From: Sporopachydermia quercuum
Lineage: Eukaryota
Direction of reading: 5' to 3'
DNA: 64,000 nt
Assembly (NCBI GenBank): GCA_001599295.1
Contig: BCGN01000002.1
Span: forward strand, 620,001-684,000
Shown here: in pieces, positions 34,059 through 46,087 of the stretch
Position numbering within the stretch: position 1 is the first letter of the stretch
How the letters are laid out: each line of letters begins with the position of its first letter
Program-made: the position numbers and the translations under genes
Notes under the pieces: generated by a model
What the model saw: the letters and a program-made list of their open reading frames with translations, nothing else
Databases searched by the model: none
What the model was told of the DNA's origin: nothing

Positions 34059-37000
34059 TTAGTCAACTTTGCCTTGAAGCAAATCATTTCGCGGGTATTT
34101 GAACTCAGTAGAAACGGTTTGATGGTAGGGCAATAAGCCATTACTATGAACTGATCTAAGCCTTCTCTTAAGCATACTAGATTTCCATAACAAAGTACCA
34201 AGAATGCTAGAAACAATAAGGATTGCAACGATTTTTGTTCTGAATCCGCCATAATCGCTTCCATAAAGATCAACTCCTAATATAATTGGTTGCTTTGTGA
34301 TTCCTTCATTCACATTTGCTAACACTTCAGGATCCCTATCATATCCTGATAGTGACAAAAGAGCTGGCAGTAAGGAATCATTTGTAAATTTAAGCAATTC
34401 TCCATCAACGCCTTTACGCCAGTTCCTATCACCGTATTTGTTGGTGATAATAACTCCATCAGTTGTATCCCATCCATTGTAAGTAATCCAGTTTTGATAT
34501 TCGTTTTGATCGATATAAAGAAATTGTACTCTAGATGCCATCTCACGAGCTCTTACTCGTCTTTTCTTAAGCTTCCAAATATAGCGTCCTGATTTACCTT
34601 TTGTTGCAGCATCAATGATCTTGTCGTCTTTTTCTTTACGTGCCACTTTCAAATCAGCAAATATCATTTCTTGTCTCAGCACGTCAAACGTATTAGCAAA
34701 GTCGACTATTTTCTTCATGAACATCGTATCCTGACGAGTTTTAGAATCTGCTAATAGTATAACTTTGAAATCAGGACTTATTTCGTCATTGCTATTTTTA
34801 GCGAAAATATAGTCGAGATTATCAGGAGTTAACTCCATGGCTGTTGGATAATAAGTTTGACTAATCCAATCATGTATTTTGAAGAAATCCCTGGTATCAG
34901 AAGAAGAAGTTGAATAGTACTTCTGATATGTTTTCATTCCCGTTTTAACACAGTAAAATGTAGGTAAGACACCTCTCTCTTTTGTTCTGAGCAACTCATC
35001 TTTAGGAGTTGGTATGTCATATTCGCTGGCTGCCTCAATATAAGACTTCTGAAAGTATTCGATTAAATCTTTATCAGTTGATTTGTATAAGCGAATATCT
35101 GCAGGCAGTTCCATTATTAATTGGTTCAAGTAAGGTAAAATGTTCAAATCTTCTTGCACAACCGTTTCAGGGTCATAAAAGAAAATGTACACAGTTTTGG
35201 CATTTCTTTCAAAGTTCTCTATGGATAAATTATCGCCAAGCGAATCGAGAGACACTATATTCTTCACAGTTTCCAGTCCCACTTCGCGGGTTTTCCAATT
35301 TTCGTTGACCTTCTTGCCAAATTTTGTCAAATGTGGTGCTGATATCTCTCCTTTATAAGGGGTTTCGACACCTCCCGAATACATATAAATCACAGGATCA
35401 CTGACATGGCTTCTAGCTGATGTTAAAGGTTTAGCATCAAACATCACAAATGTTCTACACATATCTTGATGACTAAGGCAATTCACATGTCCTAATCTGA
35501 CTTGATTGCCTTCAACTTGATTCATTTGTTTAGTGAATTTACTCCAATCCGAGAACACTTCTAAGCAGCCCAGGCAATACTTAGCTTCAAACTTAGACTC
35601 CTCTGCTTTATTATTGTCATCGTCCTCCTCATCTGCTCGATTCCAGAATATTAAAATCCAGGGGTCATCCACTTTACCTGCAACAATCTTTGCCAACAAA
35701 TTTCCATCAATCTTAGTACTAACTGCATCATTATTCAATTCATACTTGTTGGTTGCTACTTTATAAACTCTTGTGTACTGCTGGATGAATTGCATCAACG
35801 AATGCAAGTCCATGGAGGCATCATGCTCAATGTAAGTATAAGTGTTTTTGGATAATCCATTATTCTTTGAATTAGCTTTTGTAGCCTCCAGAATAGCCAG
35901 GTAAGTTTCGTCCTCCTTGATAACAAATTCAACGTCCTTTGACGCATACAACCGTACTGAAGGCACAGCAAATACTCCTTCCCGATCACAAAGTTCCCTT
36001 TCTTTATCACAATCAACATTAACCATATTCAAGTACAAATCTTCGAACTTTGACTGCAGATTATCAAAGAGCGTTTGCCATTTGGGTTTGAACAATTTAC
36101 AATGGTGACAGGTTGGTGAATAGAACTTCACAGCATGAAATCCACCAGATAGCATCATCTTATCGAATGTCTTCATATCAAGTTCTAATGGTTCGTGACT
36201 ATCCACATTATAGGATTTGCTGTTTACTCCTTCTTTAGAAGACTCTTCATTACCTTCTGTTGGTGCAGGTGCTTGGCTACCTGTCACAATACTATCATTA
36301 TCATTTGAGAATTCATTAGCCTCGTGGACGTCTCCACCGGCATGTATATACTTAGCAACCATTTTATTTGAAAATGCTAACAGCCCTTCAGGAGTTCTTG
36401 AATTTTGATCTCGAGGTGGGAATTCCTCTGCATAAGAACCTCCAGTTCCTTCTTTATTAGGAATGTATAATTTTAGGTGTGGGAAAAATCTGATTTCTTC
36501 TCTTTTACATAAATCTTTGTTCTCCAAACAGTTTACACTGTCAATGAAAAAATTCTTTACCTCCAGCTCTTCATGATAAGTATTATAGAATTCAGTCCAG
36601 GTAGGAGCAAACTGTTTACAATGACCACATTTTGGTGAATAAAACTTAATGAAGTGTACTCCTTCAGCAACAGTTTTATCAAAATCATCAATGGTTAAAG
36701 AATCTGGTTCATGAGGTCCTTTCTGTTTGGGTTTTGCAGCTTCAGGTTTCAGTTTAGGAGCATCAGGATTCACTTTCGGACCTGGTTTTTCTGGTTTCTC
36801 TGGTTTCACTCCTAGCTGCTCTTCAATAAATCTGATCAAATCAGCTTCCGTGGCTTCTCCATCTTTAGTATCAAAATCTATAGCTGGACCAACCTTCTTA
36901 CCGTCTTTGCTGGCTTTATAGGCTTTCACTGCTGGCATGACTTTAATCTCAGCAACATTCAAACATAAATCACCACTGGCTATGCAATCCACTGAGTTGA

Positions 37001-37328
37001 AGTCCACAGGGTACTTATCCTTTTGAGCATTTAGTTTTGTAGAAACTGCGTCCCAAACAGGTGCAAATTTCTTACAATGTGGGCAGTAGGGAGAAAAAAA
37101 TTTAATCAAATGTAAAGACTCTTCAAACTCAGTAATAGTTTGCTGGAAGTTGTTTTCAGTTAAAGGCTTCTTGTTAGAAACAACAGCCAAGTTTTCCAAC
37201 GCTTCTCCAATTGGATTTTCATGTAGTGGGTCGTTGAACAACTGGGCATTGGATTTCACTAACAGCGTCATTGAAAGCATAGTCCAAACAAGCAGACTGG
37301 CAAATATAGTGTTCGACTTTATCAACAT
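34059..37328 (-). CDS. EPS1: Membrane-anchored protein disulfide isomerase, Eps1-type, with an expanded thioredoxin array
   Basis: Signal peptide; thioredoxin motifs CPHC, CGHC, CHHC and a degenerate CLGC; one C-terminal TM helix (IVAILIVSSILGTLLW); ends GKVD with Lys at -3. Confidence 0.78.
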   Translation of the reverse strand: MLIKSNTIFASLLVWTMLSMTLLVKSNAQLFNDPLHENPIGEALENLAVVSNKKPLTENNFQQTITEFEESLHLIKFFSPYCPHCKKFAPVWDAVSTKLNAQKDKYPVDFNSVDCIASGDLCLNVAEIKVMPAVKAYKASKDGKKVGPAIDFDTKDGEATEADLIRFIEEQLGVKPEKPEKPGPKVNPDAPKLKPEAAKPKQKGPHEPDSLTIDDFDKTVAEGVHFIKFYSPKCGHCKQFAPTWTEFYNTYHEELEVKNFFIDSVNCLENKDLCKREEIRFFPHLKLYIPNKEGTGGSYAEEFPPRDQNSRTPEGLLAFSNKMVAKYIHAGGDVHEANEFSNDNDSIVTGSQAPAPTEGNEESSKEGVNSKSYNVDSHEPLELDMKTFDKMMLSGGFHAVKFYSPTCHHCKLFKPKWQTLFDNLQSKFEDLYLNMVNVDCDKERELCDREGVFAVPSVRLYASKDVEFVIKEDETYLAILEATKANSKNNGLSKNTYTYIEHDASMDLHSLMQFIQQYTRVYKVATNKYELNNDAVSTKIDGNLLAKIVAGKVDDPWILIFWNRADEEDDDNNKAEESKFEAKYCLGCLEVFSDWSKFTKQMNQVEGNQVRLGHVNCLSHQDMCRTFVMFDAKPLTSARSHVSDPVIYMYSGGVETPYKGEISAPHLTKFGKKVNENWKTREVGLETVKNIVSLDSLGDNLSIENFERNAKTVYIFFYDPETVVQEDLNILPYLNQLIMELPADIRLYKSTDKDLIEYFQKSYIEAASEYDIPTPKDELLRTKERGVLPTFYCVKTGMKTYQKYYSTSSSDTRDFFKIHDWISQTYYPTAMELTPDNLDYIFAKNSNDEISPDFKVILLADSKTRQDTMFMKKIVDFANTFDVLRQEMIFADLKVARKEKDDKIIDAATKGKSGRYIWKLKKRRVRAREMASRVQFLYIDQNEYQNWITYNGWDTTDGVIITNKYGDRNWRKGVDGELLKFTNDSLLPALLSLSGYDRDPEVLANVNEGITKQPIILGVDLYGSDYGGFRTKIVAILIVSSILGTLLWKSSMLKRRLRSVHSNGLLPYHQTVSTEFKYPRNDLLQGKVD

Positions 37329-39327
37329 CTTGATCTCTCATCTATTAATGCTAACTCTGGTATATGTATGTACTATGAATCTGAATTGATTGAAACAAAA
37401 TGAACTCTGCTCCAACCATATAGCTATTAAACTATTATTTTAACTAATTTTGTTACCTTTGGCTTTGCCTTCCGTTCAACAAAAGCGCTGCCCTGAATAG
37501 ACCACTCTTTCAATGATAAGTTGGGGTGATCTTTCTGTTGGATGTGATATATGTTCAAGATTAACTTTAGATACTCCCATAGACAATCACATATATCTCA
37601 TATATAATCCCATAGATAACCTGCCAATTAAGCGATCACCTAGGTTCCTCTATATATACAGATAGCTTACCCTATAGTATTCAAATAGAACGTGTTTCCA
37701 GTTCGTTTTCCTATTTATTCAAGTAATAGTAGATCGATATAAAGGAACATCTCATGCATTTGTCTTTGAAACGAAATCGAAGAAGAGCTGGAATTTGTAC
37801 TAGTAAAAAAATGGAGCGTGTTTGGTTTGTATGTCACGTATCTCATGCAAGATTTGCGAGTTACAAAGGGAGGGAATTATAATTTACTGTGGTTTGATTG
37901 GGACATTGTTTCCGTGGTATTAAGAAAGTTGACTGATGCTTGGGGATATTATAAAGAAAGAGAGTGTATGAAGTATCTTATATTTCATATGTTGATGGTT
38001 TGCTAGTTATGAACTTCGGTATAAAATAGTTTGATCTTAGTCAAGCCAAGGAAGATAATACTATCTTTTTGAGCATAATGTGGAACATTTCAAATACATT
38101 TGAATGGGAAGATCGATTGTGTGACATACCTGACATGATAACTATATATGATATTTGTCAGACCTTCAGAATAACCACTCACGTGCTGGTCTATGATATG
38201 CGGGTATGCGACAGAGAAAAAGGTTATCATTGCAAGACAAATAGACAGGATGGGCTGTGGTTGATAGAACTAAAAAGATTTAGAGGTTTAAGGTATTAGA
38301 GTAGCAAACAAAGTGACAACTACGCTTTCAAAGTGTGCATTGGGGATAAGCGCTCAAAAGTAATTTGAAAGGTTGAAGAAAACCAAGCCAAGATCATGCT
38401 GAATTTGATCTGCTTCAAACAGTGTTGAATTAAATAGTTCATTGATGGGACTTCAGAAGTTGCGCTTCAATATTGAATTTCGATAGAATGTAGATCAAGA
38501 ACCAAGATGAATTGCATAGAAGTTAAGCTATCTTCTATAATCTTTTTCAATTTTTTTTTTATTTCACCGTTTTATTCAATCATCCTTTGATCAAATACTC
38601 TCAGAAACTTAATTACTATGCAAAGCACCTTCTCTCGCATCTTCTATGCATACTTTCAGCACTGCTTATATACTCCTAATATATATCTAGTTAGAACGAC
38701 CATTGATGCAATGAAATAATGAGAACGAGTATAGACTCTTTATACTTTTACTGAACAGTTGGCAATGTTACATATTATTTTATTTACTAGTTTATTTAAA
38801 AGCTATGGGCTATGGTAGTCTGGCTACTAAAGCCATATGGATTCGCTCTCTACCAATATGACGCATAATTTATGCATGGTGTCTTATCGTGCATAGTACC
38901 TGGGGTAGACAGCAATTACTACTATTTACCAACGGTGTATCGTTCTCTTATAATAGAACAAACTTCATCATAGATATACTACATACAATAACTGGCACTA
39001 TAAGCATAAATAAATCAATATCTATGCTTCTCTGTCTACAGTGCAAAGTTCAAGAATCATAACTTCTAAAATCTAATCTGTTCACACTTCGTTTCTTCAC
39101 TTGAGTTCAAATAACCAACTGATAAGCAATTACAATCTATCTAGCTAAACTAACATATGTCAAATAAATCACTCTGTACAACATTATATTATAAACATGA
39201 TGATCATTCATTATCTGTCAACATTGTACTTTTTACTACTTTAATTTAAAGGCATTACAGTTTTATTGTCCAACTCATTAATTATCTATGGTTTACATAT
39301 CATGCATAGGGGTACCGTTAACCAAAT

Positions 39328-39429
39328 GCGGGGATATATCATCAACCCCGGAATGAAAAATTCCCATTAAGGGCATTGAACTTCGACCATAATAACCATT
39401 GTTATTACGGAATCATATTACTATATAAA
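39328..39429 (+). promoter_or_regulatory. Inverted pair of Mig1/CreA-type SYGGGG boxes plus TATA box upstream of the dehydrogenase
   Basis: GCGGGG 39328-39333, CCCCGG 39346-39351, TATATAAA 39422-39429. Confidence 0.5.
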
Positions 39430-39637
39430 AAGAGTAGATTCTCTTTTTATTGTCAAGAGTTTATTATTCATTTTTAATAGTGTCTCGTAGAATATACATT
39501 TTAATTCGCAGTTAAATCGTAGTTAATTTGATTGGTAATCAACCCAAACTAGCACTCTTTAGTCACATCTGCCTGCTCAAGGCTTACTGATTCCATTAAA
39601 CAAATATCATATAAAATCAATCATAGAATCAGAGAAA

Positions 39638-40666
39638 ATGTTCTCTAAATCAGCATTTAACCTCACAAAAACATCTTTGAGATCTTTCTCCACGTCAATT
39701 GTTCGTCATACGAAGTTTGGTTTCATTGGCTTAGGTCAAATGGGCCAACATATGACAAGAAATCTTCATGGTAAACTTCAACCTGAGGATGAACTACTGG
39801 TTTATGACTTGTCAAGTAAAGCCATTGATAATGTTATTGATGTTTGTCAAAAACAAGATGGACGATTACAAATAAAGCCATGCTCATCAGTAACTGAAGT
39901 TGGTGCTAATGCTGAAGTCATCATTACAATGCTTCCAGAAGGCAAACACGTGAAAGCAGTGGTTCAAGAAATTATCGATCATGTAGGAACTAACTCTTCT
40001 TATAAGTATTTTGTTGATTCTTCAACAATCGATTTGCAAAATTCTCAATCACTAACAGAGCTCACTGAGGCATGGGGCAACGGTATTTACCTTGATGCTC
40101 CTGTCTCTGGAGGAGCAATGGGAGCAAGAGATGCCACTTTATCATTTATGTTGGGAAGACCTTCGGAAAGTACTATAACTCCTGATCTGAAACGTATTTT
40201 TGAAGCAATGGGATCAAAGATTTTTTATATGGGAAATCCTGGTGCAGGATTGGCTGCAAAGTTATCAAATAACTATTTGCTAGCAGTTACCAATATTGCG
40301 ACGGCAGATGCATTCAATTTAGCAAAAAAATTTGGTTTAGATATGAAAGTTTTTGCCGAACTTATTTCTCAGTCAACTGGTAACTCCTGGGCCAGTGCTA
40401 CTAATTGTCCAGTACCTGGTGTTAAAGCTAATATTCCAAGTAATGACGGGTACAAAGGCGGCTTCGCAACGAAGCTTACAAGAAAGGATATTGTGTTAGC
40501 AGTTGAATCAGCGGAATCTTTACATCAGCCTCTATTTTTAGGAGATATTGGTAAGAAGATTTATAATAAAGCCTGTGAACAACCAGACATTGCTGATAGA
40601 GATTTAGCTGTGTTTTATGAATGGCTATCTGATATGACTGAAAAGAATGAGATGATCAAAGTTTGA
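39638..40666 (+). CDS. HPD1: Mitochondrial 3-hydroxyisobutyrate / 3-hydroxypropionate dehydrogenase
   Basis: Presequence-like N-terminus (LRSFSTS); GFIGLGQMG Rossmann motif, DAPVSGG, GAGLAAKLSNN, NCPVPG, GYKGGF. Confidence 0.88.
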   Translation: MFSKSAFNLTKTSLRSFSTSIVRHTKFGFIGLGQMGQHMTRNLHGKLQPEDELLVYDLSSKAIDNVIDVCQKQDGRLQIKPCSSVTEVGANAEVIITMLPEGKHVKAVVQEIIDHVGTNSSYKYFVDSSTIDLQNSQSLTELTEAWGNGIYLDAPVSGGAMGARDATLSFMLGRPSESTITPDLKRIFEAMGSKIFYMGNPGAGLAAKLSNNYLLAVTNIATADAFNLAKKFGLDMKVFAELISQSTGNSWASATNCPVPGVKANIPSNDGYKGGFATKLTRKDIVLAVESAESLHQPLFLGDIGKKIYNKACEQPDIADRDLAVFYEWLSDMTEKNEMIKV

Positions 40667-42238
40667 TAAAAAAAGTAAGTGATAGCAAATAAAAATTTCA
40701 ATAAAAAATATGATATTTTGAAATGATTACCGTAGTATTTGATGAGATGAGCCTGATAACTCATCAATCTGTTCAAGAACCCATTGTTAAATGTCAAACA
40801 ATCAGCTGCTTGAGAGCGCAATGAATATCACGAACGGCAATCACTAGCGTTCAAAGCGTAACACCTAACTACAACATAGATCTATTAAATTCAGACTATT
40901 CTTTCTTATCAATGTATCTAACAATTCAATCGATCGAACCAAAGCAACAATAAAAATGATATACGAATGCTTCACAAAGCATCCTTTTAATTGTTTTCAG
41001 TCAAGTCCGTAGAATTTCGAATCATGCGGAAATATGTCAGGATTGCTCGTATTTGCCAAATATGCATGGTCCTGCATAAACACGAACTTTATATGACTTT
41101 TAGACCCTTTTCACACATTCATGCCAATTATAATACTTCCTCATTCTCATATAATGATTCCACATTCATTGACATCTATCATATAACAAGTCCAGCAACA
41201 AGTGATTCTTTTTGTCTACATTCAGAAGAAAAATTAATACTAAGACCTTAACCACCGTGTATATATTCTACTATTTCCCCCACTCATCACATCCTTTTAT
41301 CCTTTTCAACCATCCTCACCCCTNATGAGACTCCAGACACCCTTTCTCAACTGACTCTTTTATAACTTCTCCAACCGATTGGATCTCCTATAGACTCCCT
41401 CTAGACCTATAGATCCCTTTTAACCCTCATTTATCCTTCGCCCACTTCACATCTCATTTCAACCCAAACTGGTTCCTCACTTAACCAAAAAATTATACAA
41501 TTCTAGCTAACCCAACGTGAATAGAAACCTGTTCCTGACTGTGTGTTACTTGTCCGATGTAATAGAAGGAGAGAACTATTGATAATCCTTGGTTCCTTAT
41601 ATGTTTTGTGAACACAGAAATGAGCATCAAGAAGGAAAAGTTGTTCAAAACTGTATAACTTTGATTTGGGGTATCTAATGGTTGTTTGATGATATTATCA
41701 TAGCTCAGCATAACATAAGATAGATATAGTAGGCGGCATCAACATCTAGTTTACTCATCTATTGTACCTATTGATAATCATTTGCAAAAAATATACAGAC
41801 AAGAAAACAGAGAAAAAAGTTCGGTAATTCTTTTGCAAGAAGATAATAACTAATGACAGAAGCAATGAGCGGATTTAATTGTTAATTGTCTGGCTACTAA
41901 GGTATTGTATTAAGCAGATCACAAATGCATGCAACGCAGTCATACGTGAATAACATTATCATATTATCTTCTCCATTGAATTCAAAACAGTGTGACTGAT
42001 TATTTATATGAAGTCAACTGTTGAAAAGGTTTAGATAATTATTGTTTGTTTTTCCCCAATCGCTCTGTCTGCTTCATTAAGAATTGGGTTCCTACTCGTC
42101 GCATGGGGCATCTTGTTATGATAACTGACCTTGTCGTAGTGGAAGTTTGCTTTATGATCACAACAAACAGTAGCCCAGTCTCTCAAGAGAGTATCACATA
42201 ACGGATAAACATCGATATTTCTTTTCTAATATTTTAAA

Positions 42239-45205
42239 ATGAGAATAAGTACTTCGGACACTTCTGCAAGCAGATCAGGAACAACTTCTCCTCCAACACA
42301 GTTCAAATCTCCATCCTCTGATGTTGCGAATGCATCATTAACTTCCACTTCGCCTGTACCACATAAGAAGCAACGAACAAATGACGATTCATCTAATAAT
42401 CACTCACATACTGGGAGAAGACCTGTGACATCTTGCACACATTGTCGGCAGCATAAAATCAAATGTAATGCTTCAGAGGTATTTCCTGAACCCTGTGGGC
42501 GGTGTCAACGAATGAATTTACATTGTGAGGTTAACCCTTTGTTCAAACCACAGAAAGGTGGACAAATACAAAATCTACGCAATGAAGTGGATGAGCTACG
42601 AATGAAAATACAGTTTTTGCAAAGAAATGAACAGTATTTAGTTCAAGCTTTAGGGGCTCAACAGCGCCTTAGTTCTAGTCCTGAAGCAAATATTCCTAAC
42701 GCTGTGCCTAATCAATTACCTTCTCCTGCCATAAATTCTGTTCCGAATCATCCCAGCGCATTAGTTCCTGCCTCTGCTTCTGTTGGACTACCTCCAAATC
42801 ATGGAAATTCACTATCAACAGCTTCCGCGTCTTACAGTAATGCGCCAATAAGACCTCTTACAAGGAAAAGCCCTACAGCTCTTGCTACCATCCCTTCAGG
42901 ATCAGGGCCTCCAGTACCAAATGGACATAGTCTATCAGATAATCCTATTCCTCTGGCACCAGGGGCTCCTCTAACACGTTTGGTTTCATCATCATCTCTA
43001 GGATCTATAACCATACCAGAAGATCGTCCTGCAGCTATAGAAGATCAATCTCCTGTGCCAGCTCCCACTACAGAATTTATCCTAGGAGATGTCCGGTTAC
43101 CTCTGGAGACGGCAAATCGTCTTCATAGCAGATTCATGTCTCAATATTTACCCATGCTCCCAATCCTCGAGTCCCATTCTGCTGCAGAACTCTATTCTCA
43201 ATCACAGTTACTCTTCTGGACAGTATGTCTTACTGCTTGTCTTTCAGACCCAGACCCTACTCTTTACAACGCGTTAGCTGTTCTAATCAAACAATTAGCC
43301 ATTGAAACATGCTGGATCCGAACTCCGCGATCAACACATATCGTGCAGGCATTATTGATATTGGGCACTTGGCCATTACCCAACCAGAAAGTGCTTGATG
43401 ATTGTTCATACAGATTTGTTGGTCTAGCGAAAAGCCTAGGACTTCAGTTAGGCTTACATCGGGGTAAGTTTATTAACGAATTCTCTCGCACACAAGTTTC
43501 TCTTCCTGATGCTGAAAAATGGCGTACCAGAACTTGGCTCGCCGTCTTTGTCATGGAACAATTCTGGGGTGCTAATCTGGGCCTCCCGCCAGCTTTGCAT
43601 TCCGATTACCTTATAGAAGCAGCTAGAACAGACCAGAACCTTCCAAAGAACTTCCGCAGCATGGTCAGTTTAGCGGTGTTCCAAGCAAAACTTGTAGATA
43701 CTATGGGCTCCTCTGTCTCCCGCCCTGATGGCCTTATGGAAGCAAAAGATAGAGCGGGAGCTATGGCAATCTTAGACAGAGAGCTAGATAGATTGGGCTC
43801 AAGACTTCAAATCGACGACACGAGTGTAGAGATATATTATCTATATGTCAAACTGTTGGTCTGTGGGTTCTCATTCTTACCAGAAACTCCTATTGAAGAT
43901 CAAACAAAGTACGTAACCCAAGGGTATCATGCAGCAACTAGAATTGTCACCTTGTTTTCTCAATTGGCTGAAAACAGACAAATTATCGAATACCCAATTT
44001 ATGTTCGCCAGGCTGTTTCATACTCGGCATTATTACTCTTCAGGCTTCATCTAACGCCTTATTTGCTTCCGCAGTATGTTGATTCTTGTCGTCAGAGTGT
44101 GGTTACAGTGCATAGACTATTTTGTAATATGCTTGCTGCTTGGAGGGAAGTAGAAAATGATATTTCACGAACAGCCAAAGTGTTGGAAAAGCTAAATTTC
44201 GTAATAGCTACTTGTCCTGATTTGTTTACGGGAACAGAAGGAATCATTGTGCGCATGAGAAGCCATTTGTCTCAGTCACTGTTCTATGAACTAGTGTGGT
44301 GTGTTCACGAGGCACGAAGAAGAAGCTTGGAGCGTAGAAAACGTCCAGGTCAGCAAAATGGTGATCTTCTGTCTTCTAACAATGGTAACAAGAACAGTGA
44401 AGATAGTAATGATAGTAATAATAAGAATAATGGTAGTAGCACTGTTAACGCTGGTAGTGCTAACACTAATAATGCTAATAGTACTACAGGTGATGATCAA
44501 TCAACTAGCACTGACATGCTGACGTTCTCAGTGAATGAGCACGTGAAGAACCCACTGCCTTTACCGTTTTATAATAAAATCACCAAAGAAGACTTCACTG
44601 CCACTACTACTACCACGCCTAATGGCACGACTGTTACTACACTTATTCCAACAGTCAGTGCTATGTCAGCTGCTACAGCATCTGCTTCAGCTCAGGGAAC
44701 AGAAGTCACCCAAATCAACGGTATTCCCTTATCAATGCTTTCTAACAATGGTGGTAGAAATGGTAAAAGTGGTGTCAATAACAGTGGAAATAACAATGGC
44801 ATCAGCGGTATTATCAACCAGGGTATCATTGGACCGGATGGTGATCATGCCAATAGCAACTCAGCTTCTGGGACTGATCTACGAATAGGAAACCGTGATG
44901 TCAACTCTAATTTAATAAACGTTGATATAAATAACCATATGGGTTCTGGTTCTGGTTCTGGTTCTGTTAATGCTGTTGATACCCGTTCAACGCCTGAGAC
45001 TCTACCAAGCATGATGAACAACCGTTTGGCTTCAGACCCAATAAATTCTGGAAATACAACTTCTGATATTCCTTATTATAATGGAATTAATACTGGAACA
45101 CCAGGAGGAGAACTTGATACTCTTATGCAAAGTATAGATTGGATAGATGGACCTGGAGATGATTTTCTTGGTTGGTTTGATATTAATATGGTACCAGAGT
45201 TTTAA
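42239..45205 (+). CDS. SEF1: Zn(II)2Cys6 transcription factor Sef1
   Basis: RPVTSCTHCRQHKIKC...CGRC...C; CWIRTPRSTH; WPLPNQKVLDDCSYRF; C-terminal DDFLGWFDINM. Confidence 0.95.
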   Translation: MRISTSDTSASRSGTTSPPTQFKSPSSDVANASLTSTSPVPHKKQRTNDDSSNNHSHTGRRPVTSCTHCRQHKIKCNASEVFPEPCGRCQRMNLHCEVNPLFKPQKGGQIQNLRNEVDELRMKIQFLQRNEQYLVQALGAQQRLSSSPEANIPNAVPNQLPSPAINSVPNHPSALVPASASVGLPPNHGNSLSTASASYSNAPIRPLTRKSPTALATIPSGSGPPVPNGHSLSDNPIPLAPGAPLTRLVSSSSLGSITIPEDRPAAIEDQSPVPAPTTEFILGDVRLPLETANRLHSRFMSQYLPMLPILESHSAAELYSQSQLLFWTVCLTACLSDPDPTLYNALAVLIKQLAIETCWIRTPRSTHIVQALLILGTWPLPNQKVLDDCSYRFVGLAKSLGLQLGLHRGKFINEFSRTQVSLPDAEKWRTRTWLAVFVMEQFWGANLGLPPALHSDYLIEAARTDQNLPKNFRSMVSLAVFQAKLVDTMGSSVSRPDGLMEAKDRAGAMAILDRELDRLGSRLQIDDTSVEIYYLYVKLLVCGFSFLPETPIEDQTKYVTQGYHAATRIVTLFSQLAENRQIIEYPIYVRQAVSYSALLLFRLHLTPYLLPQYVDSCRQSVVTVHRLFCNMLAAWREVENDISRTAKVLEKLNFVIATCPDLFTGTEGIIVRMRSHLSQSLFYELVWCVHEARRRSLERRKRPGQQNGDLLSSNNGNKNSEDSNDSNNKNNGSSTVNAGSANTNNANSTTGDDQSTSTDMLTFSVNEHVKNPLPLPFYNKITKEDFTATTTTTPNGTTVTTLIPTVSAMSAATASASAQGTEVTQINGIPLSMLSNNGGRNGKSGVNNSGNNNGISGIINQGIIGPDGDHANSNSASGTDLRIGNRDVNSNLINVDINNHMGSGSGSGSVNAVDTRSTPETLPSMMNNRLASDPINSGNTTSDIPYYNGINTGTPGGELDTLMQSIDWIDGPGDDFLGWFDINMVPEF

Positions 45206-46087
45206 AGGAAAGGGTATTTGGGACTTGAATTGTAAGATAATAAAATATATGGGGCTGCTGTACTTATATAATGCAGATGATTAGTTAGTTGAATGGGATT
45301 AGATCGTAATGAATTTATCGTAGATGCTAATTAGTAGGGTGTTAGGAGCAATAAGAACGATAGATGGTATAAGAATTGTTGCTAGTAGAAATATCATGTC
45401 TACCTATTTATTATCTGATAACACCAATAGAAACAGTATTAATAATGTTGAAACTAACGTTGACAAGGTATAGCTATACATAATATGATAATAATAGCAT
45501 TCTAGCTGTATCACCAATAATACAAATAGTATTTCCATTGCTCTTACTAACTAGTACTGCAATTATCATCATCTCAGCTGTTATTCCAATATCCGTCTTT
45601 CAACTCTCAAGTCAAACGTCTATAATAAAGGTAAGATACGTTTCACAACCGAATGATAACACAACATCATACAATACAAAATAAACCAGAACAAGACATA
45701 ATGAAATAAAAATAAGATCAGATAAAAATCATAGAGAGAAACAACCAAAAACAGCCAACTATTAACCAACTTATCATATAAAATAAATCTATACACCGAA
45801 AGAGTATCACCAGAGATAATATTATATACTAGTAGAAAGAAGTATGAAACATATAAGTTATTCTATAGTAAATAAATAAATGAATGCCGAGAATGAATGA
45901 CATAATGGATAAAAATAACAATATAATATAACAATAAAAACAGTACATGTAATAAAGAGCCAAACTTCTAATAGAAACATAAATAAATAGATGAAAAAAC
46001 CCACACAGTTGAAATTCAATCATCAACTCCTAACTTCTTTTTTATCTTTCTTCTTTTCCTTTTATTTGTTGTGTACTAGTCGCATAA

